From: the human T2T-CHM13v2.0 reference genome, Homo sapiens
Direction: 5' to 3' (one strand)
NCBI RefSeq assembly: GCF_009914755.1
Contig: NC_060934.1
DNA: 64,000 nt
The notes under the pieces were generated by a model that was given only the letters and a program-made list of their open reading frames with translations, had not been told where the DNA came from and searched no databases. Of the stretch, positions 1-14,532 are shown one piece after another. The translations under genes and the position numbers were made by a program. Position 1 is the first letter of the stretch. Each line of letters starts with the position of its first letter.

Positions 1-438
1 AGGAAGGACGGGGGGAACTGAGCTTGTGTTAGGTGTTTTGGGGGTGATTGAAGAAAGTGGGGACTCTGTGGACTGGGTGCTGTCAGGAAGCTGGGCTCAT
101 TCCCGGATGGGGGGGGTCTTCATCTGTCTTATCTCAAAGTCGAGCAGACTATAGCAAGACCAGGCTATAATTGGTAAAGAAATAGCGGTCGCTCCCTCTC
201 ATTAGCCAGGATAATGGGATGGTGGGTCATTTTCATGGGTCATACAATGTGCATATTTTGTTTGTGTTTAGAGATCATTACAGAAAGGTCTTGTCTTTTT
301 CTTGATCTATCCTGGTCTCAGAGTGGTCTTGCCTGAGGTTGATGTTGTATGAAACTCTTTGTATCCATGGAGACAGCATCAGGGCTCACCTGATGGTCCA
401 GCCTAGGTCCTGGAGGTCATGACTGCTTCTCTCTCTCT
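1..438 (-). mobile_element. ERVL LTR fragment, MER76-like (runs off window start)
   Basis: Recalled MER76-type motifs ATTGGTAAAGA..ATTAGCCAGGATA..GGTCTTGTCTTTTTCTTGATC..CAGAGTGGTCTTG, ending CTGCTTCTCTCTCT. Confidence 0.65.
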
Positions 439-580
439 GGAAGAAGGAGAGAGCATCTTGAGCACTGCACCCTCCCTTACGACCCAGCTGTTCAGAGAAT
501 GGCAAAAAAAGTGAAAGTAGGAGGAAAACCAGAGAATGCAACATCGACTCTTCTCACTTTGCATTTAAAAAAATGCACGC

Positions 581-884
<304 letters not shown>

Positions 885-2753
885 TTGCATGCACCTGTGT
901 GGAGACACCACAAATAAGACATCATAGCACAGTGGAGTTAGCTGGAATTTCCATCTAGTAAAACACATGACATCCCTGACTTGCAGCTCGTGCAGAAAAC
1001 TCTGCTAAATTCATTTAATTTAATTCACTGGAGGAGGTTTGCAGTCGAGTGGGGTATCCCTAAGGAATTCTCCAGTTTGTTAGTGATTTGATCTGTTACC
1101 AAAATTCTCGGGTTTTTTTTTTAAAGAAGTTGCAAAATGTCATAAAACCATCATGTCTGTCTTTTGATGTCATTTCAATTTGTCTATAAGTGACAGATGA
1201 CAGATGTCTCTTGATCCATTCTGACCCAATGGGTTCTTGTTAAAATTAGATTTTACCATTCTTGCCCCTTGCTTGGACTCACAAGGGACTCTGTGAATGC
1301 TGCTGGATAAATGTGCCTCCACGCTTTCTAGAACTCTCTCCAGGCTTGGGCTTCTTGGCCCAGATTTTTAAAGTTCCTGCAAGCACCATGGTTACTGCTC
1401 CTTTCTTCCGAGGCCGATTCCACACATTAGCATGGGGTGGGAAGCCGGCTCCCAAGCCCACAGTGCACACGGTTTCCTCTTTTGAATGCAGGCTGCTTTT
1501 CGTCTTGACCACATTCTCCCACTGTATGGCCCATTCTACCCCACGGCCCCATCTTGGCACCACAGGGATGCCAGTGTGAGTCTCGTGGCCCACTCATCGG
1601 GCGCAGTGCCCTGGGATGCTCCTTGTCACCATGCACAGTGGGACATGTGAGAAACCCCAACTCTGCATCCTCCTTCCCTCTCCTGGGAATCTCCAGGACC
1701 CACTGGGACAACACAGCGAGATGAAAGTTCGGAGAGAGCGACCTGGCACACAGCAACCCACCACCTTCTTGGCTGTGTCCCATTTGCCTTTCCAGGCCAT
1801 TTTTTCCCCTGGGAAAAGCCCTGAGGAGGCATGTGTGATGTGTGGGTGTTTTCAGATCGGGACTTTAAACCTACGTCTTTGATGGCTCCATTAGTTATGC
1901 TCATGTTGATCCCTCATTTGAAGTGTGAAGGCCACCCTGCACTGTCAGCACGGGACTGCCACAATGCAGCTATTGTCGCCAGCATTCTCTAGACCAACAG
2001 GGCCTCGAGCTGCTGGTAGAATGCCAGCAACGACACTGGAAAGTACCTCCTCTCATCTGGGCACCTAAGAGACAGGAGGGATAAAGTTACAAGCAGCTAG
2101 GAGCCATCCTCCATCGGTATGATGACTTATTTGCAGATGAGGAATCAAATCTGAGCAGCTTTGGTGCCCAGAACACTGCTGCCATTTAAACAAGGTGCTT
2201 TCATGCAGCTCTTGTTGCTCTGAGCCCTTGAGCGCTGTGCATTTTCCCTCCCCACTAACCCAGACGCAGCCAGTGTGGCATGTACGCCTGCTTTCTGCCC
2301 GGACTGAATCACCTTATTTGTCAACAGCTGACACTGTTCATACAGGATTTACACATATCACTGGAAATGTCTGCATGCTGCTTAAGTGCATGCCAATTGG
2401 TTAAGTGTGACATTGTGGCAATATGTTTTAGAACTTTTGTTTGAGCTCTTCTAGAGCAAATTGGCCCTTAAGTGAAAACATACGGACAGGAGAGATCCCA
2501 GGTGCTTCAAATTAGCAGAGATTTGGCTAATTCCATGGATTTTGGTATATTCGACATAAGCAAAGTTCATTAAATCTGGGGCCAACTTTGTACCTGATGT
2601 TAGCTGACTAATCCATCTTAAGAATTCCCCAAGCCCACAACAAAATATTCATTGATAATCTTCAGATGTGTCTGCAACCCTTCCCTTCCCCTAGGTGGTT
2701 CTGACTTTACTTAAAGTTGCATGATTATTTGTGGGCTTGTAAGTTTACCTGTC

Positions 2754-2792
2754 TCCATGGTTAGTATAGCGGTGAGTACCCCCCACCCCGTC
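2754..2792 (+). pseudogene. Tailless retropseudogene of the 5' half of tRNA-Asp(GTC)
   Basis: TCCATGGTTAGTATAGCGGTGAGTACCCCCCACCCCGTC resembles tRNA-Asp nt 1-36 (TCCTCGTTAGTATAGTGGTGAGTATCCCCGCCTGTC). Flanked by a perfect 15-bp repeat TAAGTTTACCTGTCT (2740-2754, 2793-2807). Confidence 0.85.
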
Positions 2793-4120
2793 TAAGTTTA
2801 CCTGTCTTCAAATCTTTCCATTGGGAGGTTCAAATGTAAATTCAGCAATGGGGAAAAAAACTGTCCATTTTAGATATTGAGAACATACATCTATGTTCCT
2901 GTGAATGAATATTAACAAAGATACACGATCCCGACTAATGTAGCTGGGTGCTCATTTTATGACATAACATGTTCCTGGAAGTATATGAATGGAGGCCTGC
3001 TATGGATGTTCAACCTTATTAAGTGGGAACCTTGCAATTCACGGGCAACAGTGACAATCATCAGACAAACCAAGCTGTAAGACAAAAGCTAGCGGAGTCA
3101 GAGCCACAGCAGCACGTGCATCAGTGACTCAAAGCTCCCCCTGCGTTTCACTCCATAACTGAGTTTACCTTTTCATCATATTATACTCACAGTGACATAC
3201 TCCTTCTGTGGCACCGCTGCTTGAGAGTTCCAATTGATGCCTATTCTAAAGGAGATTGCTTGCTATTTAAAGTGGGGGAACCCAGCTTCATGTGGTATTG
3301 GAAGTCTACTCTTAATAGTTGAACCCAGTGAAATATAAAATCATACACATTAAGATTTCAGAACACAGAAAAATGCTTCTTAAATTAGAAATATATTCTA
3401 TAAATGTAGTATTATACTCTTTGCTTTCCATTTTGCTGGTAGGTTCTGCTTTAGTAATACAAATTTTAAAATAGGATTTAGGTAAAGAATCTAAATAAAT
3501 ATAATTATGCACTGCCTGTAACAGTTTTTTTTTTTTTCTTAAGCAATGGAAGAGAATTGCTTTGTCAAGACAGTGCCAGGCAAGAAAATTGTCACAGAAA
3601 ACCAAAGCAAAAAATAATCTAAGTGAAAAAAATATATAAATATATTCTTTATAGCTATGGTAAAAGAATCACACTGTTACTTTATGAAAATTCTTTAGAA
3701 CAAGTTTCATGGAAATTTAATTTTCTAAATTATGGAAACAACTGTAGTACATTAACTGAACAATAATAGAATTTCATATCACCGCCCACAAGGATTCTGG
3801 ATTACTAGAATAAATTAGTGGGTTTTTTTAATCAGAAAGAAAATGTTATGATTATTTTAAAAATATCTATGTCATACTGTAAGGAACCGGCATTTTAAAC
3901 CTTATGTCTTGTAACTTTATTTCTCTTAGGGCTGAAGCTCAGAATTTTCATTATAAGTCAACTGTCTGGAAGAAAAAAAGGAATGCGGTGCTCCTTGAAT
4001 TCCATAACTCTTACCTGCTTTTATTATCTTCAATGATCTGAGAAAAAAAAACCCACAAAATCTTCCCTTCTGCCAACCTTCATTGGTCATAACTGTTTTT
4101 TGTTCCAAATCCACACTCTG

Positions 4121-4415
4121 GGCCATGCACGGTGGCTCACACCTGCAATCCCAGCACTTTGGGAGGCTGAGGCGGGCGGATCGCCTGAGCTCAGGAGTTT
4201 AAGACCAGCCTGGCCAACATGGCAAAACCCTGTCTTTACTAAAAATACAGAAAACTTAGCTGGGCACAGTGGTGTGAGCCTGTAGTCCCAGCTACTTGGG
4301 AGGCTGAGGCAGGAGAATTGTTTGAACCCGGAAGTGGAGGCTTCAGTGAGCCGAGATCATGCCACAGCTCTCCAGCCTGGATGACAGAGAGAGACTGTCT
4401 CAAAAAAAAAAAAAA
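4121..4415 (+). mobile_element. Alu (AluS)
   Basis: Full dimer, poly(A), TSD AAATCCACACT. Confidence 0.97.
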
Positions 4416-5146
4416 TCCACACTGATCCCTCCTCGTACTAGCATGCCCTGGTACTTCGGAATAACAAAGAAGGAGAAAGAAAAAAAGGAAGCATGTGGCT
4501 GGTAGTGACTTTAGAGATCATTGATTCGAACACTCTCAACAGGCTCCAAAAGAAATTGCAACTGTGAAGCAAGGGGGCTTTGCACAGGCGATGGGGAGAG
4601 AGGCGTTGCGGGGTGCGTGGTTTCGGAGAGCTGGAGCTGCCAAGCCCCTTGGACTGGAGCTGCATCTCCAGCGGATGAGCCCGGGCACTGAAGTTCATTT
4701 TCCCTTCTGCTCCCCACCTGCCTAATGCGTGGGATGGGACCCACTCCTACCAGGGGAGGACAGACAGGCTAAGGTGCCTCCTGGTGGCTGTGTGGCTCTC
4801 GAAGGAGGGGAAGAGGTGGGGATAAGAACGCTCTCTCTTAGTTCTGTGCTGGCTTGGGAAAGGGAGGATGAAGATAGAACCACTAAATGACTGAGGTTTC
4901 CTTCTCTTTGCCTGTTTGATCCCTCAAACCAGTCCCCACGCTGAACCCACATGCTGAGCTCAGGAGTGTGCAAGGGTCTGAGGGGCAGCAGGGATATGCC
5001 TTGCGAAGCCGTGTGCTTCCCTTTTGCCCTTTTCCTTGCAGCGCTCTGGAAGGAGGCTTAGAAACAAGAACTGAGATGCGACCATTGAATTCTCTGGCGC
5101 CAAGTCTTAACTCCCAGTGCGGAGAGTGAGATGACCAAGCCATGGC

Positions 5147-5238
5147 CTGAGTGTCCAGCTTGAGAGAGTCCACACCTCAGCCTAGGGTTTCTCTGAGTGT
5201 CCACCTTGAGAGAGTCAACACCTCAGCCTAGGGTTTCT
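5147..5238. repeat. 46-bp tandem duplication (2 copies)
   Basis: CTGAGTGTCCA(G/C)CTTGAGAGAGTC(C/A)ACACCTCAGCCTAGGGTTTCT x2. Confidence 0.95.
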
Positions 5239-5729
5239 CCTTGTTAAAATGCAGCATGTCCACCTCTTTCCAAGTCCTCAATCTAGTCCCGGTTCTTCCT
5301 ACACAAATTCATTTTGGGCACCTTGCCAATGGGGGCCCCTCCTCCTGTCTTCCTGGTTTCCTCTTCCTCTCCTTGCAACCCGCGAGCTGCTGCTGGTGCA
5401 TTTGATCAGCCGTTCCGCACCCCCTTCTCCTCCCCCCAACCCCGTGAAGTGAACACTCTTTTCAATCCTCCTCCCCATTCAGCCTGGGCAACTCATCATG
5501 TCTTCTTGACATCTTAGACAACTCCAGTCCAAACACTGTCTCTCATCTCTTCTACACGGTTTGTATTTATGTTATATACAGTTTAGTGCCGCATATGAAA
5601 AATCTGAAGGAATCAATGACTCTAAAGAAAGACACAAGACAGCAACTTCTTCTCTCTAGTTTCAGCTACTGCTCTGTGAACAGCAGTCAGATGTGGAAGT
5701 TGAAAACTTAATTACATTTTTTCCCTGTT

Positions 5730-6460
5730 TTCTGTGCACCTAAAATATTGTAGACCCTTAATAAATATGTCATTAGAGAAAAAAATGAATGAATGGATAA
5801 ACAAATGAATGCAAGGCCCATGTTGAGGTACTCTAATTAATTAATTAAATTCAGCCTTTGTCTCAAGGAATTTGCAATATAAAAAAGAAGATAAAGTCTT
5901 TGCAGTTTTCTCTTATATAAAACAGAATGGCCACCCTATCGTAAATAATCTGGGAGCTGACAGAAGAGAAAGACTAATTATGTCTGCCTCAGAAAAGCCT
6001 TCATAAAGAAGACATAATTTGAGTCACTTTTGAAAGACTAGAATTTAAAAGGTGGAAAGAATCTTGAGGAACATTCCAGAAACTTCTGAGAGGCTATAAA
6101 TGCTGGACAGGAGCAAAGACATGGAGGGCTGTGAGCTCCTTAAAACCGGAGTCTGTGTCTTGCGTGTTTTCATCTCCTCTTCCTCATCTCAATGCCTGGC
6201 TGCAGCAGTAACTGTGAGGATTTGGTGCTATGTGCAGGGGTATGTTTTGAAAAGGTGGGATTTTGGAGAGGTAGGAAATAGTTTCAAAAAGCAGGCTGAA
6301 GGCAGAAGACCCCAAAGCTCACCTCAGGAACACAAGACATGATTCCGGGAGTGGGAAGGGCTGACTTTTTGGTTCTGGTCCTTGTTCTCCTACTCACCAG
6401 TTGTGTGACCCTGGAGAAGTTTGGCAACTGCAGCCTTAAGGTTTCTTACCTGTAAAAAAT
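5730..6460. mobile_element. Degenerate L2 and MIR fragments
   Basis: AATAAATATGT...TGAATGAATG L2-type end; TGTGTGACCCTGGAGAAGT..CCTGTAAAAAATG MIR core. Confidence 0.45.
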
Positions 6461-6660
6461 GTCATGGAAATGGGTGGATGAACCCGTCGTGCGCCTGCGA
6501 GGTTCTGCTGGTCACCATCTACTGCTGGCTGTCTCTTTGAGGTTCAAAACAACCAAGGAGGGGGTGGTAGGGTGGGTTGTTGCTCTCTCCCCCTGCTTCA
6601 TGCTCATCCAGCTGTGTGCAGAGGAGCTCCTCCCCGGGCTGTTGGAGGCACAGGGCCTAG

Positions 6661-7269
<609 letters not shown>

Positions 7270-7921
7270 TGAGTAGACTCGCAAAACATCGCATACATGC
7301 ACAGTTTTTGTAATGAATAGGGTATACTTCTAGAACACCAGCAAATCAGGTTTGCCCCTAAAAAGCAAAAGTAGGTTGACATACAGGTAACCCTGTTGAA
7401 TCATCAATCCAGCTGGAAAGGTAAAGCTCCAGGCAGCGTCGGAAAAGTCACTGAAGCTGTGTGCGTGTGGGTAGGTGAGCCAGCAGCATCAGACTTACAG
7501 AGTTTGTTCTTGGGGCAGCTTCATGGTTAAAATGCATTTTGGAAAAGAGATGTTCAGAGGTTCTAGGGAAGTGGTAGGAACCCAGTGCTACTAACTAGGC
7601 ATGTAATCTGACATGTCAAGAGCCATTTTTTATGGAGTGACTCCCCTTCAGAGGGCACAAGAAGAAAGTGTTGCTTTTTTCATGAAAGTGTCAGTGCTTG
7701 CAACTTATGAAAGACACTGCTAAAAGCAGAGGCTCTATTTTTATTCTCCACAGCCTGGCCACTGTGGTGCCGGGGCTTTGCTGCCAAAGAGGAAACATGC
7801 ACAAGTCTGGTCAGTAAATATCACCAGCTAGACAGTCCCAGCTGTTGTTCCAGGATGTGTTTTCTCATTGCTATCTGACAGGTTATCCTTCCCTGGAACC
7901 GGGCTCCAGAGGGTTTTCTAG

Positions 7922-8708
7922 TGTGGTCAGTCAGTCATAACATAAAGTTTACCATTTCAGCCATTGTTAGGTGTGCATTTCAGGGGCATTAAGTACATTC
8001 ACATTGCTGTGCAACAAAAACCTCACCATCCGTCTCTGGAACGTGTACATCTTTCCCTAATTGAAACTCCATCCCCATCAAACAGTGACTCCCCATTATC
8101 CCTTCCTCAACCCCTGGCCACCCCCCTTCCACTTTCTGTCTCCATGAAATGTGATGACTTGAGGGACATCCTAGGAGTGGAATCATACCGTATTTGTCCT
8201 TTTGTGCCTGGCTTGTTTCGCTTAGCATGCTATCTGCAAGCTTCATCCACGTTCTGACATGTGTCTGAGCTTCCTTTTCAAGCTGAATAATATTCCGCTG
8301 TAAATGGATGCATGATGTGTTGCTTATTCGTCTGTTGATGGACACTGAGGAGGTTCCCACATTTTGACTATTGCGAATACTGTTGCCATAAGCATACGTG
8401 TGCAGATGTCTGAGTTCCTGCTTTCAATTTTTTGGGGCATATACCCAGAAGTGGAATTGCTGGATCGTAAGCTAATTCCGTGTTTACTTTGTTGAGAAAC
8501 TGCTATGCTATTTTTACACAGTGGCTGTAGCATTTCACATTCCCACTAGCAGTGCACAAGAATTCCAATTTCCCTACATCCTATAAAACTTTACCTTCTG
8601 CTTTTTGTCTTTATAGCAGCCATCCTAGTGGCTGTGAAATGGTATCTCATTGTGGTTTTGATTTGCATTTTCCTAATGACTAGTGGGGCTGAGCATGTTT
8701 TCATGCAT
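7922..8708 (-). mobile_element. L1M (L1MB-like) 3' end
   Basis: Typical antisense L1 3' UTR/ORF2-end sequence (ATACCCAGAAGTGGAATTGCTGGATC, CTCATTGTGGTTTTGATTTGCATTT). Confidence 0.9.
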
Positions 8709-8832
8709 TAGGGCTTTTAACTCTGTGTCTGCTTTGGTTTGGATGGCTGTTGCTGCAGCAGGAAGTGTGGTCATAAATAGGAATATTCATGCCAGGAAGC
8801 TGAGGGAAACTTGAGGGATCACCTAGACCAGC

Positions 8833-9205
8833 TGATATGGTTTGGCTGTGTCCCCACCCAAATCTCATCCTGAATTGTAACTCCTATAATTCCCATGCAT
8901 TGTGGGAGGGACCTGGTGGTAGGTAACTGAATCATAGCGGGGGTTACCTCCATGCTGTTCTCTTGGTAGTGAGTGAGTTCTCACAAGATCTGATGGTTTT
9001 ATAAGGGGCTTTCCCCCTTCGCTCTGCACTTCTCCTTGCTGCCGCCATGTGAAGAAGGAGGTATTTGCTTCCCCTTCTGCCATGATTGCAAGTTTCCTGA
9101 GATCTCCCCAGCCCTGCAGAACAGTGAGTCAGTTAAACCTCTTTCCTTTATAAATTACCCAGTCTTGGGTATTTCTTCATAGCAGCATGAGAACAGACTA
9201 ATACA
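8833..9205 (+). mobile_element. THE1 (THE1C/D-like) MaLR solo LTR
   Basis: TGATATGGTTTGGCTGTGTCCCCACCCAAATCTCATC...GACTAATACA, 5-bp TSD CCAGC. Confidence 0.95.
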
Positions 9206-9978
9206 CCAGCCCTTTTCAGCCTTGTGAGATTTTTGTAGAAGCAGCAAAGTGGTGGGCTGGCTGCTGGGCATGGGGCAAGGGGAGTCTGGCTGTACCTTCC
9301 TCTGGCTCCCTCTGCCTCCAGGGTGGGCTCCAGGTCTCCTTCAAGGAATGTGGCTGGAAACTGCCGGACAAGGCCAAGCCCTGATTTTACAGATGGGCAT
9401 GATATGTGTCTAAGGTCCTATGGCCTGTGAGTGACAGAGCAAGGACTACAGCTCAGGTCTTTAGAGCTTTTTTATTTTCCATGCCAGCCACCCCCTGCCT
9501 TCAGAGATGGAGTCAGGCAGGGAGTGCTAAGAGTCAGAGTGGAAAGGAGGACTCCTGCGCTGAGAACACAGAGGGTTCACCACTGGGGATGCTGCCACCG
9601 TCTCAGGAGTAATTTGTATCAATTCGATAAATGTTTATCTGGAAACACCCAAGAGTCAGGTATGTCAGAGTATATACATATTAATAAACAAAGATCTCAT
9701 CTCACAGATATTCACAGTCACAGAAATAAAACCATAGATGCTTGCAAATGCTTGGGAGTAGGAAGAGGGCAGAGCTGCTGTCTCAGGATTGGAGAGTGGG
9801 CTCAGGGGAACCCTGGTGCGTGTGGCATTGGGAGTGACAGGGATTGTCTGGGAGAAAAACAGCAAACCATTCAAAATAATTTAAGCTTACTTTTTACAGA
9901 AGGAAGAGGATCATTCAGTGACAGCAAGGTCAGAATGAGAATAGAAATTTGAGGGACATGAGTGAAGAGGTGTTTACC

Positions 9979-10179
9979 GGGACCCAGGTGTGGGCATAGC
10001 TGAAGGCCCAGGTGGGGTAGGGGGGACCCGGGTGTGGGTATAGCTGAAGGCCCGGGGTCGGGGGGAGCTGGGAGGGGTATAGCTGAAATCCCGGAGTGGG
10101 GGGACCTGGGTGTGGGTATTGCTGAAGGCCCGGGGTGTGGGGACCTGGGCGTCAGTATAGCTGAAGGCCCGGCTGGGGG
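9979..10179. repeat. G-rich minisatellite, ~39-44 bp x5
   Basis: GCTGAA core at ~9999, 10043, 10082, 10121 and 10160 within GGGACCCGGGTGTGGGTATAGCTGAAGGCCCGGGG units. Confidence 0.9.
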
Positions 10180-10691
10180 CAGAGGGTGACGATGCTATGT
10201 GGAGAAGAGGCCCTGTCTTTCTGTGGGAACCAATGTTCAGGAGAAGTTCTCTAGTAGTTTGCCAAGGACACAAAAGGTATAGAATTCTGTAATATGTGCT
10301 TATAATAGAAGAGAGCTATAATGCTGAAGAACAAATGGTGTTTTATTTGCTGTATTTAAAGAATGGCCTTCCTGAAATGAGCTGTGCTAATGCAGACACC
10401 AGAAAGGGAAGGAATAATATGCTCACATGTTTACTAGGGGCAGGGATAAACAGATTTTACAGAATCTTACAGGGGAAGCCTAGAAGATGAAGTTTCTTTA
10501 TAAGAAAACTAAAATTGTGGCCAAGTACATCACCTACTAGACCCAGGAGCAGATTACACCTATACCTGGCTGAGCCCGGCGACATACCTGACTGAAGCTC
10601 TGAGTTCTGAAAACCCAAGTATTAGGACAATCTCATATTTAAATACAAGCATAGTTGCTCAACAAAGTTGCCTTAATAACCTAGAGAGTGG

Positions 10692-10862
10692 CCCCTTCTC
10701 CCTTCCTCTTCTTTCTCCCTCCCTCCCTCTCCTTCCTTCCCTCCTTCCTTCTCTTCCCTTCCCTCCCTTTCCTTCTCTTCCCTTTCTTCCCCTCCCTTCC
10801 CCTCCCCTCCCCCTCCCTCCCCCTCCCTCTCTTCCTTCCTCCCTCCCTCCCTTCCTTCCTCG
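10692..10862. repeat. CT-rich low-complexity tract
   Basis: Nearly pure pyrimidine CCTT/CCCT repeats. Confidence 0.95.
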
Positions 10863-12156
10863 TTCTCTAGCCCCATTCAGGGTGGGAACCTTTAGTAGGA
10901 TGGAATTCTAAAGAACCTGAAGTCTTCAGAGGTGTACAAGACTGGTGTTATGCAATATTTAGTGTTACTTGTCCAATATGGAGCCAGGATGCTGGGGGAA
11001 GATCTGAGATCCAGGGAATAACTTTGAGTGATTGAGATGGGAGAGAAGAGGGACTCCTGTAGGTCCACATGAGGTTAGTTCTGAATGGGCTAACAAGTAA
11101 AATAAGAAACAACTTTGTACAATGCTTTGGATGCTATTGTGTGCTCATGGTGATCCAATACTAAGATTTTTCTATTGGTAATAGCCTACATTTATGTACC
11201 TTCCGAGGTGGTAAGGGTGTCCCTAAAGAGTTGCTTGTGGAAGTTCTAAATAAGTTTTAAGGTACAATGAAGTGTCTGGGGCATTTCCGGCCAAAAAGCA
11301 CAAGAGAAGGGTTAACAGTCTAGGCAGTGGCAACATGTTCTTATGCTCAGGCATGATGGTTGTGGGTTAGTGTAATGGCTGCCTTGGAAGAAAATTTAAA
11401 AATCCTTTAATCCTACCCACTTCTCTGAGACATGGAAAAACTCCAGTATTTCAACAGATGAAAAGAGCTAAATTCCTTGCTCAGGATCAAACAGCTGCCT
11501 ATGGGCAGGGCTCTGGTGAGAACTGAGGCCTTCTAAGTTTTAGACCAATGCCTTTCCAATATGCAATCACTCAGTGGCTATTGGTGAAGGCCACTCACTC
11601 CCTTCTCTCCTGCAATCCAGGTACTTCCTGTGGTATAGCCTCATTTCCTGTGGTATAGCCTCATCCTCAGGCATGTTTGAAGCAGGTACGGCTCGTTCTA
11701 CTCTGGAGGACGTGAAGAAATTAATTAAGCACCAGCAGCACCCAGACATCATTTTAAAGAAAATCACCATTTAGATTTTGGGGCTCTCTGGGTGGCCATG
11801 AATATGTCTCACCACAGATTATATCGGGTGGTAATTTTCTTCTTGCATGCACAATGATTCCTCCTAGATTCACTTTACAATCTGGTGAATATTAAATTGT
11901 TATTACAGCATGGCTTCTTCCACTTCATTTTATTTTACTACCAAGGTTATGGGCTCAATGTTGTAGTTAAGTTTATTTCAGTTACAATCGAAATCTATTT
12001 TGGTCACTTGTTAGCTTTCTCTATCTTGTTTGTAAATTGGCTTCCTTTTCTGGTGCAAAGGTAGAAGAGACCAAGGTACAGCCAGTAGGGTTGAGTTCAT
12101 GTTTCAATAGTAGGTAGCTTTCTGCTATCTGAATAGTGACCTGATTCTCAGACCCA

Positions 12157-12533
12157 TCTTATTAGTTCACTCTTGCATTGTTAATAAAAAACTGCCAGAG
12201 ACTGGGTAATTTAAAAGCAAGAAGGTTTAACTGGCTCATGGTTCTGCAGGCTGTGCAGCAAGCAGGGCTGGGGAGGCCTCAGGAAACTTAAGGTCATGAT
12301 GGAAGGCAAAGGGGAAGCCGGCGTGTCCCGCATGGCTAGAGCAGGAGGAAGAGAGCAAAGGGGGAAGTACTACACACTCTTCAACAACCAGATCTTGTGA
12401 GAACTCATTATCACGAGAACAGCAAGGGAGAAATCTGCCCCCATGATCCAATCACCTTCCACCAGGTCCCTCCTCCAACACTGAGGATTACAATTTGACA
12501 TGAGATTTGGGTGGGGACACAGAAACCATAGCA
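12157..12533 (-). mobile_element. MSTA-like MaLR LTR
   Basis: GAGACTGGGTAATTT..GGCTCATGGTTCTGCAGGCTG..ATGAGATTTGGGTGGGGACACAG. Confidence 0.9.
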
Positions 12534-12711
12534 CCCAGTTCAAGGTGAAATAGTTAAATTCATAGGTTATGTTCCCTTGTTATTTTTTTCTGTATCCCTA
12601 ACAGTTGCTGCATCCATGCAACTGTATTAGTCACATTTCTAGCTCTGCAAAGTTAACACTTTGACATCTGCTGTACATGGATATGCTGGATGCATAATCT
12701 TCTGGACCACC

Positions 12712-13200
12712 CTGTCATGTGCCTGAATCACCTTGCAGTGGTTCCGGCCTTCTCCTCCCTACCTCCCCTTCTTGCAGGAAGTTCTGCAAGGCATGCTTTC
12801 CACTAGGACCAATCCGGGGCCACACCTCAATCACCTTTTTATCATGCTCTCACACTCAAGATCTCTATCCTATTCATCTGCCCTAATCACCCCACAACCA
12901 TATCCCAGACAACTGAGGCCAGTTCCTATGCCACAAAGCCCCCAGAAATCATTCAATCTAGCCAGACCTAAGCCTGCTAAGCCTGCCTTGCTATGGAAGC
13001 CATAATAAAGGCTCTTGCCAGCTTTCCCCTCCCTCTGCCTCTGGCCTTGGGCTTCCCTGCATGGCCCTGGGGAAGTGCTGTGTCCACCACTTCCACTTGG
13101 GGTCTGTGAGTAATAAACTACTTTCCCATGGTAGTTGACTCCCAGGTGGCTGGCCTCACCACAGTTCAAGTTTTCTATTAATACCCTAAGTTGTAAAATA
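12712..13200 (+). mobile_element. ERVL LTR, MER54/MER74 family
   Basis: ATCATTCAATCTAGCCA..AATAAAGGCTCTTGCC..CTGTGAGTAATAAACT..GGCCTCACCA. Confidence 0.7.
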
Positions 13201-13636
13201 GCTATGTCTCTTTATTCCAACAGACATTCTAAATGTACTATCTTTTTGGAAATGTCACATTCTTGAGTTATCTTTTTACACAGTTTTACCTTTGTTCACT
13301 CGTAGCAGATCCAATTATTGGGTTTTGTAGAAATTTCTTAATGTAGACATCAAATACCATTCATTCTATTGTCTGAATCTTGTGCTAATCATATCACTGC
13401 AATTAGAATTTTTGTTATTTATTTATTTATTTATTTATTTATATTTACTGGCCATAAGCTTTAGGGCCACACTTTCTTTCTAACCAGTCTATAAAACTGG
13501 GGCTTACTTTGGGTCTCCTACTTCCTTGTCAATGATTGCAATATTTACTGATTAAAAAAATAATAAATCTGCCTAAATAAAACCTCCTCAGTGCTGGGCC
13601 AAATACTTTATTCTCCTTGTAATGTTGATCTTTTCA

Positions 13637-13947
<311 letters not shown>

Positions 13948-14532
13948 AATCTCTTTATTTTGTGAATGTCTTGACTTCATATTTATGGCTTGTTATGAGC
14001 ATCTCTGGGCCACGTCAATAAATAAGCCCATCAGTCAATGGATCCTGTGCTCTTTTCTGTTCTAGGTTCTTTGGGGAATGCAGGAGAATGACCAAAGTTT
14101 CATGGATCTTGTATCCAGGTTAGAAAGACAAAGCTAAAACACATGAAATAACAGAAATAATAGCAAAATATGATGAAGTACTAAATTATGTGTAATTTTT
14201 ATCTAAATGCTGCCTGATTTTAGGGATGAAGGTAATCAGGGAAGCCTTTAGTTGGAATAATTATTGGGACCTCAAAAACTATTTAGATGGTGACAGATTG
14301 CTGGAGATAGACTGATCAGGGTACATTTTTCTTATCAAATAATTACCAGACCAATAACAAAAGAGGATGGAAAAGGAAAGAGAAGAGATGAGCAGGAATA
14401 GAGATGGGATTGGCGATAGTCTATTAGTCCAGGGCTTTGATTATCTAATTAAAAAATCCCCAGTCATCCTTTAAACAACAGGGCACACTACAGGCTGCCA
14501 ATGGTGTGAGTTACTTGAGGAAAACCCTCACC

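Noticed and set aside
2754-2830. Functional tRNA-Asp gene
   Set aside because: The 3' half, T arm and B box are absent
3095-3135. Adjacent CACGTG and TGACTCA motifs
   Set aside because: Too short to distinguish from chance without chromatin data
11625-11664. 20-bp tandem duplication (likewise 26 bp at 45216-45265 and 24 bp at 52745-52792)
   Set aside because: Real but ordinary slippage duplications with no inserted sequence between the copies
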